A DNA stretch of 64,000 bases, taken from NCBI GenBank assembly GCA_965223325.1, contig CBDCWI010000002.1, positions 128,001 to 192,000 of the forward strand, written 5' to 3'. Below are positions 48,408 through 57,576 of this stretch, one piece after another (within the stretch, counting starts at the first letter, position 1; each line of letters opens with the position of its first letter). Under the pieces are notes generated by a model. The model had not been told where the DNA came from. It saw only the letters and a list, made by a program, of their open reading frames with translations, and ran no database searches. This DNA comes from Candidatus Multivoradales bacterium (lineage in GTDB: Bacteria > Acidobacteriota > Thermoanaerobaculia > Multivoradales > Multivoraceae). Made by a program: the position numbers and the translations under genes.

Positions 48408-49565
48408 ATGTTCGAGGCCACCGAGGCGTGGGTCGAGATCGACCAGCGGGCACTGTGCGCCAACCTCGAGCGCCTCTCTGGCCGCGTCGGTTCATCGGCC
48501 GCGGTCATCGCGGTGGTCAAGGCCGACGCCTACGGTCACGGCGCGACCGATGCAGCGAGGGTCCTCCGCCAGGAGGGTGTCGAGTGGCTGGCGGTGGCGA
48601 GGTTCGACGAAGGCCTGGCCCTTAGACAGGCGGGTATCGATGGCCGGCTGCTGTTGCTCGATCCGCTACCGGTCGAGGCAGCGCGGGCGGTCGCGGAGCT
48701 CGGTGCGACGGCCGTGGTGTCGAGCGTCGAACAACTGCGCGCCTGGAGTGCGCTCGGTGAACCGGCCCGGGTCCATTTGAAGGTCGACTGCGGTCTCAGT
48801 CGCCTGGGCATCGAGGTCGATCGCCTCGCCGAGGTCACCGAGCTCTTGGCCGGGAGTTCCCTCGTGGTCGAGGGAGTGATGGGACACCTGAGCGAATCCG
48901 AGGCGCTCGACGATGACCAGACGCCGACCGAAGAGCTGCGCTTCCAGCGCTTCGCAGATGGGCTCGAGAGCACGCTTCTGAACTCGAGCCGACCTCTCCG
49001 GCATCTCGCCAACTCCTGCGGCGCAATGTACTGGCCCACCACTCGTCTCGACCTGGTGCGCTGTGGCGGTGCCCTCTGGGGCCTTGACCTGGCGCGGGTG
49101 CGCGACGCTTCAAACGGCTCCGGACTCGAGCCAGTAATGCGGGTCGTCGCGCCGTTGGTGCAGATTCGCAGAGTCGCGGCCGGTACGCGGGTTGGATACG
49201 GTGGAACCCTTGTCACCGCGAGGCCGAGTGTTCTCGGCGCGGTGGCAGTGGGTTACGCCGACGGCTATCCCTCGATCCTCGGGCGCCTGGAGAGCGGCGC
49301 CAGGGCACTTTGGCACGGGCACTCGGTGCCGATCGCGGGCGCGGTGAGCATGGATCTCCTGCTGCTCGACTTGACCGACGTCGCGAACGCGCGCGGCGAT
49401 GAGGCGCTCCTGGCCCGGGACAGTCCGCCGGTCGTACTTCTCGGCCGCGACGGCGAAGAGCTCATCAGAGCAGCCGAGCTCGCACGCGCCGCCAACTGCT
49501 CGCTCTACGAGGTCACCACGCGCTTTGGCCAGCGCCTGCCGCGTTGCGTGGTTCGCCGGCGGTAG
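48408..49565 (+). CDS. alr: Alanine racemase
   Basis: AVVKADAYGHG, HLKVDCGLSRLG, VGYGG, GYADG, GAVSMD. Confidence 0.95.
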   Translation: MFEATEAWVEIDQRALCANLERLSGRVGSSAAVIAVVKADAYGHGATDAARVLRQEGVEWLAVARFDEGLALRQAGIDGRLLLLDPLPVEAARAVAELGATAVVSSVEQLRAWSALGEPARVHLKVDCGLSRLGIEVDRLAEVTELLAGSSLVVEGVMGHLSESEALDDDQTPTEELRFQRFADGLESTLLNSSRPLRHLANSCGAMYWPTTRLDLVRCGGALWGLDLARVRDASNGSGLEPVMRVVAPLVQIRRVAAGTRVGYGGTLVTARPSVLGAVAVGYADGYPSILGRLESGARALWHGHSVPIAGAVSMDLLLLDLTDVANARGDEALLARDSPPVVLLGRDGEELIRAAELARAANCSLYEVTTRFGQRLPRCVVRRR

Positions 49566-49589
49566 CCCACCCCATTGTCGAAGGGGCCG

Positions 49590-50483
49590 CTAAAGGCTTG
49601 GGTCGTGGCCGGTGATGCGACGGAAGGCGCTCAGGTAGCGCTCGAGCGTTCCCTGGACGACCTCCTCGGTCAACTCCGGCGGTGGCGAGGCCTTGTCCCA
49701 GCCGGTGCCATCGAGCCAATCGCGGACCGGCTGTTTGTCGAACGAGACCGGTTCGGTGCCCGGCTGCCACTCGGAGGCCTCCCAGTAGCGTGAGCTGTCG
49801 GGGGTGAGCACCTCGTCGATGAGCACCAGCTGCCCGTCGATCCAGCCGAGTTCGAACTTGGTGTCAGCGAGGATCAGCCCCTCGCGGGCGGCCAGGTCGC
49901 GCCCGGCGGAGTAGAGGTCGAGGGTCTTGTCGCGGAGGGTACGGGCGAGCTCTTCGCCGACTCCGGCGATCAACGTTTCGTAATCGATGTTTTCATCGTG
50001 ACCCTCTTCGGCTTTGGTGGCCGGGGTGAACAAGGGCTCTGCGAGCCGATCGGCACGTTCGAGCCCCGGTGGCAAGTCGTACCCGCACGCGCGGCCATCC
50101 TGTTGATACTCCCGCCAGGCGCTCCCGGCGATGTAGCCGCGCGCGACGCATTCGTAGGGAATCACCTCGGCCTTTTGAACCAGCACCGCGCGTCCGTCGA
50201 GCACGTCACGCTGGGCCTTGGCGGCGGCTGGGAAGTCGCCCACCTCGGTGGCCAGGAGGTGGTTGGGAATGCGATCGCTGAGGCGATCAAACCAGTGATT
50301 GGTCAGCTGGTTGAGAATCTTGCCCTTACCAGGGATTCCCGGTTGCAACACGTAGTCGTAGGCAGAGATGCGATCGCAGGCGACGATCAGGAGCTCGCTG
50401 CCGAGGTCGTAGATGTCGCGGACCTTGCCACGACGCGGTTCGGGCAGGCCTGGAAGATGGCTCTCGAAGAGGGGTGCGTTCAT
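49590..50483 (-). CDS. purC: SAICAR synthetase
   Basis: GKVRDIY, DRISAYD, FTPATKA, ADTKFE, DEVLTPDSSRYW. Confidence 0.97.
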   Translation of the reverse strand: MNAPLFESHLPGLPEPRRGKVRDIYDLGSELLIVACDRISAYDYVLQPGIPGKGKILNQLTNHWFDRLSDRIPNHLLATEVGDFPAAAKAQRDVLDGRAVLVQKAEVIPYECVARGYIAGSAWREYQQDGRACGYDLPPGLERADRLAEPLFTPATKAEEGHDENIDYETLIAGVGEELARTLRDKTLDLYSAGRDLAAREGLILADTKFELGWIDGQLVLIDEVLTPDSSRYWEASEWQPGTEPVSFDKQPVRDWLDGTGWDKASPPPELTEEVVQGTLERYLSAFRRITGHDPSL

Positions 50484-50579
50484 GAAGCTACCTCGAGCAA
50501 GATCGTCGGTGCCCCCAAGCGTTCCCGTTCGAAGCCTCTCGAGAGGGCGGTTCGTCCGGTCGTACCAGTGAGGGGCGTT

Positions 50580-52529
50580 CTAGTGAGGGGCGTTGTCACA
50601 AAGGCCATCAATGGCCGCGAGAAGATCGCCGGATGGTAGCGCATCGTGGGCAAGCGCTTCGCGCCAGTTGGGCAGCATCAACTCGAGGTCGACGCCCTCG
50701 TAGACCACCAGCGGATCGATGCCTTTGAGAATCGGTACTCCGATACGACGGAAGGCAACTGCGGCTGAACCCACCGGGGTGACGACCTCGAAGCCGATGA
50801 AGCGCCCGTGCGGTAGCTCGACGATCGTCATCGGAAGGGGGCCGTAGTCGGCCCACACTTCTGCCAGAAAACTCGTCGTCGCGACCAGGCCTTCGTTGAT
50901 CAGGTGGCCATCCGCATCGATCGAGGCGACGAAGCGCCGGTCACCGGTCTTGATCGGAGCGGTCGGAACACGCTGGGTGTCCTCGAGCAGGCCATCGATC
51001 TTCGCCGCGTCGATGCCGCGCGCGGTGAGCTCGGAGCGCAGGTCTTCGAGTCGCAGCCGGGCCTTGCCACTGACCAGACGGGCCAGCTCGAGGATTCCCT
51101 GGCCGAACGCTTCGTAGCGCTCGGCGCGGGTGTTCTCGTCGCCGAAGGCCACCAGGCGATAGTCGCCGTGGTTGAGTGCCATGCGCATGCCGCGGTCGAA
51201 GGCGAAGCCGCGACCGACGAATTGGCGATAGGCGCGCTGCATTTCGATCGCCGCGACCAGCAGCTGGGCCAGCTCCATCGCGGTGTAGAAGGCACCGTCG
51301 CCGAGATACTTCTCGAAGCGCAGACCGTGGTCCGACGCCAAGCGGTCGAGGTGGCGTTGGAACCGGAACAGGCCGCGAAACCCTTCCTCGCGTGGTTCGC
51401 CGTCGGCGAGCCGCGAGAGGCTGGTGAGAACCTCCGAGAAGTCGGTCAGGTCGTACATCAGACCACCGCGGGTGACTTCAGGGTCGATCAGCCAGGGTGC
51501 CATGAAGTCGATCGGTCGGGTGCGAGTCTCTGCGACGGCGACCGACAGACCGATGGTCTCGAGGTCACCCTGGTCGCACAGAAAGAGCGCGCCATGTGGC
51601 TCCAGGTGAACGCAGAGCTTGCGCAATGAATCGAAGAGTTCGAACTCCTTGAGCCGCAGCAGCAGCCGTTCCCAGAGAAGAATCTGCTCGGGGTCGAAGA
51701 AGCGCTGGCGATCGTAGCCCGCGGACTGGCTGAGGAACTGGACCGTTCCAGGTTCGTAGAGCGCCCGAGTCTGGTCGCCGCCATGCATGGTGAGCGCGGC
51801 GTGTACGGCCGGATCGCGAGTCGAGCGCTCCTGGCACCAGGCTTCTAGGGCATTCTTGCGCTCGAGAAAGTCCTCGGCATCGATCTGCAGGTAGCCGCGC
51901 AGGTAGGTTTCGAGGCCCGTGAGGTCGCGATCGATCGTCTCTTCAGAGAGGATCAGGACGTTGTCACGCATGGCAGTCAAGAGGGTCGGGAAGAGCGCCT
52001 CCTCTTCGAGCTCGCGCTCGCGGGCAAAGCGCTCGACGAGCCGATAGACCAGGTCAAAGACTCGATCGAGATAACGGTCGAGCACCCGATAGCGCTGGTG
52101 ACTCGCGTCGCTGTCTTCGGCGACGCGTGACCAGATGCCGGCGAGTTGCCGAGAGTGGTAGAGCCAGAAGATCTGCGAGTAGTCCTGGGCGTAGCTGGCG
52201 GCAGAGACGTTTTCGATCGCAGTACTCAACGCCTCGGCGTACGCCTCCCAGGCTCGGTCCTCGTCTTCTGCCGCCAGGCTGGGGTCGCGCTCGCGCGCCC
52301 AGGCCAGGGCGATGACCGTTTCGAGACGTGTCGCCAGGTCAGCCAGACCATCGGAGTCGAGAATCGGGAAGCCGTGGATGGGCACGCCTTGCCCGGGCTG
52401 CAAGAGGATCCGCCGAGGGAGAGGCAGGTGCCGAACGATCCCTGAGAACCAGCGCGCCAGCTCGACGCCGTCACGACGCAGGAACTCCGTGGGTCCGCGG
52501 AGGTGACGAAGGAGAGGGTCCTGAGGCAT
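50580..52529 (-). CDS. Hypothetical soluble protein with C-terminal class III nucleotide cyclase-like domain
   Basis: LMYDLTDFS, FEKYLGDGAFY, MRMALNHG, FGQGILELARL. Start ATG 52529 is inferred. Confidence 0.72.
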   Translation of the reverse strand: MPQDPLLRHLRGPTEFLRRDGVELARWFSGIVRHLPLPRRILLQPGQGVPIHGFPILDSDGLADLATRLETVIALAWARERDPSLAAEDEDRAWEAYAEALSTAIENVSAASYAQDYSQIFWLYHSRQLAGIWSRVAEDSDASHQRYRVLDRYLDRVFDLVYRLVERFARERELEEEALFPTLLTAMRDNVLILSEETIDRDLTGLETYLRGYLQIDAEDFLERKNALEAWCQERSTRDPAVHAALTMHGGDQTRALYEPGTVQFLSQSAGYDRQRFFDPEQILLWERLLLRLKEFELFDSLRKLCVHLEPHGALFLCDQGDLETIGLSVAVAETRTRPIDFMAPWLIDPEVTRGGLMYDLTDFSEVLTSLSRLADGEPREEGFRGLFRFQRHLDRLASDHGLRFEKYLGDGAFYTAMELAQLLVAAIEMQRAYRQFVGRGFAFDRGMRMALNHGDYRLVAFGDENTRAERYEAFGQGILELARLVSGKARLRLEDLRSELTARGIDAAKIDGLLEDTQRVPTAPIKTGDRRFVASIDADGHLINEGLVATTSFLAEVWADYGPLPMTIVELPHGRFIGFEVVTPVGSAAVAFRRIGVPILKGIDPLVVYEGVDLELMLPNWREALAHDALPSGDLLAAIDGLCDNAPH

Positions 52530-52638
52530 CAAGCAAAGCCTACAGCGAGTCCTGGCTCGCCCGAGTGGGTTCGAAGTCAAGTGCAATCCCGCCGAACCGC
52601 GACGACTCCCGATCGCCCTGGAGTACACTGCCGCCGCT

Positions 52639-54201
52639 TTGAACATACGCCTCAAGACCGTCCGTCAGCTGTCCGCCGACTGCGAAGTGATCGTGGTTCC
52701 CGTCTTCTCTGGGGAGAGCCCATTCCCTGCGGGACCATTCCCCAGTGGACCGTTCCCCAACGGACCGTGGAGCAAAGCCTGGGAAGGGCTCACCACGGCC
52801 GCAACCAGAGCGCACTGGCCAGAGGGCAGCGAAAGGCGCGTCACGGTCGTCCAACGTCGCAAAGGCGCCGCCCATCTGGTCGTGATCGGAGCTGGTCGAC
52901 GGGCGGGATTCGACGTCCGCAGGATCACCGAGGTCGCCCAGCGCGCCTGGCGCGAGGCCGCCGCCCTGGGTGGGCGAAGCGTCGGCCTGCTGCTGCCTCG
53001 GGATGCGCCGAGCGCCGAAGATGACGCCGCGTTGACCGAAGGTGGCCTGCAGGCTGCGGTGCTGGGCCTCGAGCGCGGCGCCTATCAGTTCTCGCGCTAC
53101 AAACTGAGCGCGGGCAGCGCGGGTCGCAGCAAAGAGCGGGCAGGCCCGGCAACCGCCGCCATTGGTGTGGCCGGTGGGACCCCGTCGGCCTGGCGCAGGA
53201 GCCTCGACGCGGCGCTCGAGATCGCTGGCGGGGTGGCCTTTGCGCGCGACCTCGGCAACACGCCTCCCAACATCGCGACACCCGCCTGGTTGGCGAGGGA
53301 GGCGCGCAAGATGGCGAAGGCAGTCGGGGCTCGGGCGACAGTGCTCGGTCCGCAGGAGCTTGCCAAGAAGGGGATGGGGGGAATTCTTGCGGTCGGTGCT
53401 GGTTCGGCCAACGGTCCTCGGCTGGTGCGACTCTCGATCGGCAAGGGCCCGCGGGTCGCCCTCATCGGCAAGGGTGTGACGTTCGATACGGGTGGTATCT
53501 CGATCAAGCCGTCAGCTGCGATGGAGGAGATGAAGTACGACAAGTGCGGGGCATGCGCGGTCCTCGGTGCTTTTCAGGCAGTGGCCGGGCTCAACCTGCC
53601 GTTTCGGGTCGATGCCTACGTGGCGTTCGCGGAGAACATGCCTGATGGCCGCGCCTATCGGCCCGGCGACATCGTGCGCTGCTACGGCCGCGGGAAGACC
53701 GCCCGAACCGTCGAGATCATCAACACCGACGCCGAGGGGCGCATGCTCCTGGCCGACACCCTTACCTGGGCGAGCGAGACCAAGCCGGTGGCAATGATTG
53801 ATTACGCAACCCTTACAGGTGCCTGTGTCGTGGCTCTCGGCGAAGGAGCGGCAGGCCTCTGGTGCCGGGACGAAAAGATGGCGAACCACCTGCTCACCGC
53901 CGCCGCAGCGAGTGGTGAACGCTTGTGGCGGATGCCGCTGTGGCCCGAATTCAATCACCAGATGAAGAGTGATCACGCAGACCTGAAGAACTCTGGAGGG
54001 CGCTGGGGCGGCGCCAACACTGCGGCCGCGTTCCTTTCCAACTTCACCGCCGATCATCCCTGTTGGGCCCATATCGACCTCGCGGGGCCGGCGTACGACA
54101 CTTCACCGTCCAGTGGCGAGACCCCTGGCGCGACCGGTTACGGGGTCGCAACGACCGTCAACTGGTTGCGGCGCGGTAACCTTTCGTCCCACGATGCGTA
54201 G
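52639..54201 (+). CDS. pepA: Leucyl aminopeptidase (M17)
   Basis: GKGVTFDTGGISIKP, MKYDKCG, NTDAEGR, ATLTGA. Confidence 0.95.
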   Translation: MNIRLKTVRQLSADCEVIVVPVFSGESPFPAGPFPSGPFPNGPWSKAWEGLTTAATRAHWPEGSERRVTVVQRRKGAAHLVVIGAGRRAGFDVRRITEVAQRAWREAAALGGRSVGLLLPRDAPSAEDDAALTEGGLQAAVLGLERGAYQFSRYKLSAGSAGRSKERAGPATAAIGVAGGTPSAWRRSLDAALEIAGGVAFARDLGNTPPNIATPAWLAREARKMAKAVGARATVLGPQELAKKGMGGILAVGAGSANGPRLVRLSIGKGPRVALIGKGVTFDTGGISIKPSAAMEEMKYDKCGACAVLGAFQAVAGLNLPFRVDAYVAFAENMPDGRAYRPGDIVRCYGRGKTARTVEIINTDAEGRMLLADTLTWASETKPVAMIDYATLTGACVVALGEGAAGLWCRDEKMANHLLTAAAASGERLWRMPLWPEFNHQMKSDHADLKNSGGRWGGANTAAAFLSNFTADHPCWAHIDLAGPAYDTSPSSGETPGATGYGVATTVNWLRRGNLSSHDA

Positions 54202-54351
54202 CACTCGGTGAACACCACGGCACGTCGCGCCGTAGGACAGGCTCCTACCCTCACGCGAGTCGCTTCCTATCTTGACCCATCGCTTCAAAGACCAGGCGCC
54301 CTCACCGTTCTTGACGGCATCGAATCTACAGGGCCCGGAGACCAATAGACC

Positions 54352-56031
54352 ATGAACCAGTACCGGTCCCGTCGGACCCCTCGAACCCTTCGCCCTCTCG
54401 TCCGCCCGCTCCTCTGGTTGTCGGCGATGGTCGCGATTCTCGCTCTCGTCGCCTCGGCAGTCAGTGCTTCGGCGGGCGAAGGTGAAGACACGCTGTCGGC
54501 AGCCTGGACCGACGAGTTGCCCGCCAGCGGGCTCAACGAGAGTGGCGACGTCATTCGGCTGTCCCTGGCTGACGCTGTGCAGGTTGCGGTGCGGCGCAAC
54601 CTCGGCCTCCAGGTTCAGCGGATTGATCGCACGCAGTCTCACCTCGGGATCATGCAGAACGAGGGTATCTATGACTTCTTCACCCGCGCCAACCTGCTGT
54701 GGGGCGAAGAAGAGAGCGCCGCGGCTTCGAACCTGAGCGGTGCTTCGGTGCTCTCTCAGGACACCGGCGTTCTCAATCTCGGTGTCAGCCGGTTGATTCC
54801 CAGCGGCGGTACTGCCTCGATCGACTGGAACAACCGGCGTTCCGAGTCCAACTCGTTCTTCGCCTCGGTCAATCCGTCGTTCACTTCTGACTTCGATCTC
54901 GCCTTCTCGCAGCCTCTCTTGCGCAACTTCGGTCGCATCGCCACCGAACGCGCCCTGATCATTGCGCGCACCAACAGCGACATGGCTTTCCATCAGCTCG
55001 AAGCTTCCGTGATCGACCTGGTCGATCGTGTCGAGAATGCCTACTGGTCACTGGTGGAAACCCGCGCGCAGCTCGAGGTCAGTCGCGAGAGCCTTGCCCT
55101 GGCTGAAGAACTCCACGAGAAGAACCGCACCCAGGTCGAGGTAGGGACCCTTGCACCGCTCGAGTTGATCCAGAGCGAAGTGGGTGTTGCGACGCGCCGC
55201 GAAGAGATCATTCGCGCCGAGGGCACGGTCGGCGACGCTGAGGACGAGCTTCGCAGGTTGATGAATCTCGAGACGGATTCATTCTGGGATCGGACCATCG
55301 AGCCCACCACAGATCCCGAGACCGCGCGCATCGACGTCGACCTGGCGAACGCGATTCGGGTGGCCTACGAAGAACGCGCAGAGCTCGAGCAGCAGCGCTT
55401 GTTCAACGAGAACCTGGAGCTCGATGCGAAGTTCTTTCGCCGCCAGATGCTGCCGCAACTGACCCTCGATCTCCGCTACGGCTGGAATGGCCTCGGTGGT
55501 GACGTTCGTCAGTTGGAGCCCGGCGAAGACCCGTTCAACCCCAACGCCCGCACGAGACTGATTCCGGGCGGCTTCGGCGATGCCGTCGACCAGATCCTCG
55601 ACCAGGAGTTCGTTGGTTGGCAGGCAGGCTTGAACTTCGGGTTCCCGATTCAGAATCGACAGGCGCGGGCCAGCAGCCAGATCGCCGATCTCGAACTCGA
55701 GCAGGGAAGGATCACCTTGTCGGACCTCGAGCTCAGCATTCGCACCGAGGTTCGGCAGGCGGCCCGCGGTGTGCGTACCGCCGCTGAGCAGATCGATTCG
55801 GCGACCACCTCGCAGCGTCTCGCAGAGCGCAACCTCGACGCCGAGCGCAAGCGTTACGAGAACGGGCTCTCGACGAGCTTCCAGATCCTCGAGATTCAAG
55901 AAGACCTGAGTCAGGCCCGCAGCCGGCTGGTGACCGCTGTGACGAGCTACCGGCGCGCGCTGGTGCGCTACTACCGGGCGCTCGGACGTCTACTGGACGA
56001 GAACGGCATTGAGCTCGAAGACCTGCCGTAG
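54352..56031 (+). CDS. TolC-family outer membrane efflux/secretion protein
   Basis: Signal peptide. LSLADAVQVAVRRN, QPLLRNFG, AYWSL, AERKRYENGLST. Confidence 0.92.
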   Translation: MNQYRSRRTPRTLRPLVRPLLWLSAMVAILALVASAVSASAGEGEDTLSAAWTDELPASGLNESGDVIRLSLADAVQVAVRRNLGLQVQRIDRTQSHLGIMQNEGIYDFFTRANLLWGEEESAAASNLSGASVLSQDTGVLNLGVSRLIPSGGTASIDWNNRRSESNSFFASVNPSFTSDFDLAFSQPLLRNFGRIATERALIIARTNSDMAFHQLEASVIDLVDRVENAYWSLVETRAQLEVSRESLALAEELHEKNRTQVEVGTLAPLELIQSEVGVATRREEIIRAEGTVGDAEDELRRLMNLETDSFWDRTIEPTTDPETARIDVDLANAIRVAYEERAELEQQRLFNENLELDAKFFRRQMLPQLTLDLRYGWNGLGGDVRQLEPGEDPFNPNARTRLIPGGFGDAVDQILDQEFVGWQAGLNFGFPIQNRQARASSQIADLELEQGRITLSDLELSIRTEVRQAARGVRTAAEQIDSATTSQRLAERNLDAERKRYENGLSTSFQILEIQEDLSQARSRLVTAVTSYRRALVRYYRALGRLLDENGIELEDLP

Positions 56032-56058
56032 ATTCCGCGGGTCGGCGGCTGGAGCGGG

Positions 56059-56107
56059 CGGACGTACACCCGACGGACGTACACCCGACGGACGAACACC
56101 CCACGGA
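56059..56107. repeat. 15-bp tandem repeat CGGACGTACACCCGA x3
   Basis: Units at 56059, 56074 and 56089 (third has 2 mismatches), plus a partial unit at 56104. Confidence 0.9.
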
Positions 56108-56137
56108 ATTGTGCTCGGCGCACCGCCGCGGGGGCCC

Positions 56138-56224
56138 TGGTACCGGAGGTGGGACTCGAACCCACACACCCTTGCGGGCGGGGGATTTTGAGTCCCCTGC
56201 GTCTGCCAATTCCGCCACTCCGGC
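56138..56224 (-). tRNA. tRNA-Leu(CAA)
   Basis: Reverse complement GCCGGAGTGGCGGAATTGGCAGACGCAGGGGACTCAAAATCCCC...GGTTCGAGTCCCACCTCCGGTACCA. Confidence 0.97.
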
Positions 56225-56386
56225 TTGTTCGTGGGATCAACGGTGTTCCCGACAAGGTGCCGCGCAATATAGCGGAGCCATGACCCGGGAATCCAGCGTA
56301 TCGCTGCGCAGCGCGATGGTGCGCTGTGGGGGGCGTTTCGAGAGCGTCTCTTCGCTTTGAAGCTAGTATTCCTAGCCATCGAGGCC

Positions 56387-56415
56387 TTGACTCCAGGGCA
56401 CTCATCTGCTAGCTT
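56387..56415 (+). promoter_or_regulatory. sigma70-type promoter upstream of carD
   Basis: TTGACT-N17-TAGCTT with an extended -10 TG. Confidence 0.65.
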
Positions 56416-56700
56416 CGGGAGTTCGTCGCGGTCGGTTTCTCCTCGGTCCCGGTGAGCGAAAGGCCCCTGACAACGGGATCTTTCGAAGGGGCCACCTTTC
56501 GAACGGGGCCAGATAGGCACCCCGCGTCCGGCTGCTCTGCGGTCCACGGAAGCGTCGCGAGTACGGGCTCCACGCTCGCCTTGGGGTTCGATCCCTGGCC
56601 GCGAATCGACCTGGTGCCCCTTCGATCGATCCTCGCGGGCACACCCCCCTTCACGCCATTCTCACTTCAGCATTTCAAAGCAGAACCAGGAGGTAGCCCC

Positions 56701-57231
56701 TTGTCATTCAAGGTAGGCCAGAAGGTCGTCTATCCCAATCACGGTGTCAGTCTCGTCGAGGAGATCGCTCCAGGCAATATCGATGGCATCGAGCACACCT
56801 ACTACCACCTGCGGCTGCTGTCGAACGACTCGAAGGTCATGGTGCCGAAAGAGAACCTCGAGCTGGTCGGTCTGCGTCCGTTGTGCACCCAGAAGGCGCT
56901 CAAAGAGCTGCTTGCCCTGCTCGAGGACGGCAACATCGACACCTACAAAGACTGGAAGGGTCGCTACAAGCAGAACCTCGACAAGATGAAAACTGGTGAT
57001 CTGACCGAGGTCGCCGAAGTGCTCAAGAACCTGCGTCTCGTTTCGCAGAAAAAGAGTCTCTCCTTCCGCGAGAAGAAGATGTATGAGAGGGCGCGCTATT
57101 TCATCCTCAGCGAGGTGGCACACGTCAAGAACATTCCCGAGGAGAAGGCCGAGGCGCTGGTCGAGAAAGCCCTCGAGACCAGCATCGAGAAGCGCAGCAA
57201 GAAGAAGGGCGCTTCGAAAGAGAAAGCCTGA
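56701..57231 (+). CDS. carD: CarD/CdnL family RNA polymerase-binding regulator
   Basis: AGGAGG RBS before TTG. FKVGQKVVYPNHG, WKGRYK, LSFREKKMYERAR. Confidence 0.94.
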   Translation: MSFKVGQKVVYPNHGVSLVEEIAPGNIDGIEHTYYHLRLLSNDSKVMVPKENLELVGLRPLCTQKALKELLALLEDGNIDTYKDWKGRYKQNLDKMKTGDLTEVAEVLKNLRLVSQKKSLSFREKKMYERARYFILSEVAHVKNIPEEKAEALVEKALETSIEKRSKKKGASKEKA

Positions 57232-57290
57232 GGCCCAACCAGACCTCAGGTTCCGGGCCGAGGGGCGCGGTGCCTGGAGCGAACCTTCAT

Positions 57291-57566
57291 ATGCAACGTT
57301 TCCTCATTCTGCTCCTGGCCGTTGGGCTGGTGAGCTACGTGATGTCGCGTCAACTCCGGCGGTTCCTCGCCGGGCCGACGGGCCGGCAACTGCAGACTCT
57401 GTGGCGGATTCTCGGCGGCGGCTTGAGTGAACCGAAGGCGGGAAGACCGCGAGCCTCCGAGGCTCGCCTCACCCCGTGCTCGTCGTGTGGCGCGTTCGTG
57501 CCCGAGTCGCGCCTCCACCACCGTGCTGGGGGGCGGCCAGTCTGCTCGGCTTGCGAGTCGCGATGA
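57291..57566 (+). CDS. Small membrane-anchored protein with CxxC...CxxC zinc finger
   Basis: N-terminal TM. LTPCSSCGAFVP...VCSAC (PP0621/TRASH-like). GGAG RBS. Confidence 0.72.
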   Translation: MQRFLILLLAVGLVSYVMSRQLRRFLAGPTGRQLQTLWRILGGGLSEPKAGRPRASEARLTPCSSCGAFVPESRLHHRAGGRPVCSACESR

Positions 57567-57576
57567 AGCCCCCGGG

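Noticed and set aside
50580-52529. Pycsar/CBASS-type defence system around the cyclase-like gene
   Set aside because: No adjacent TIR, TM or cNMP effector. The neighbours are purC and pepA.
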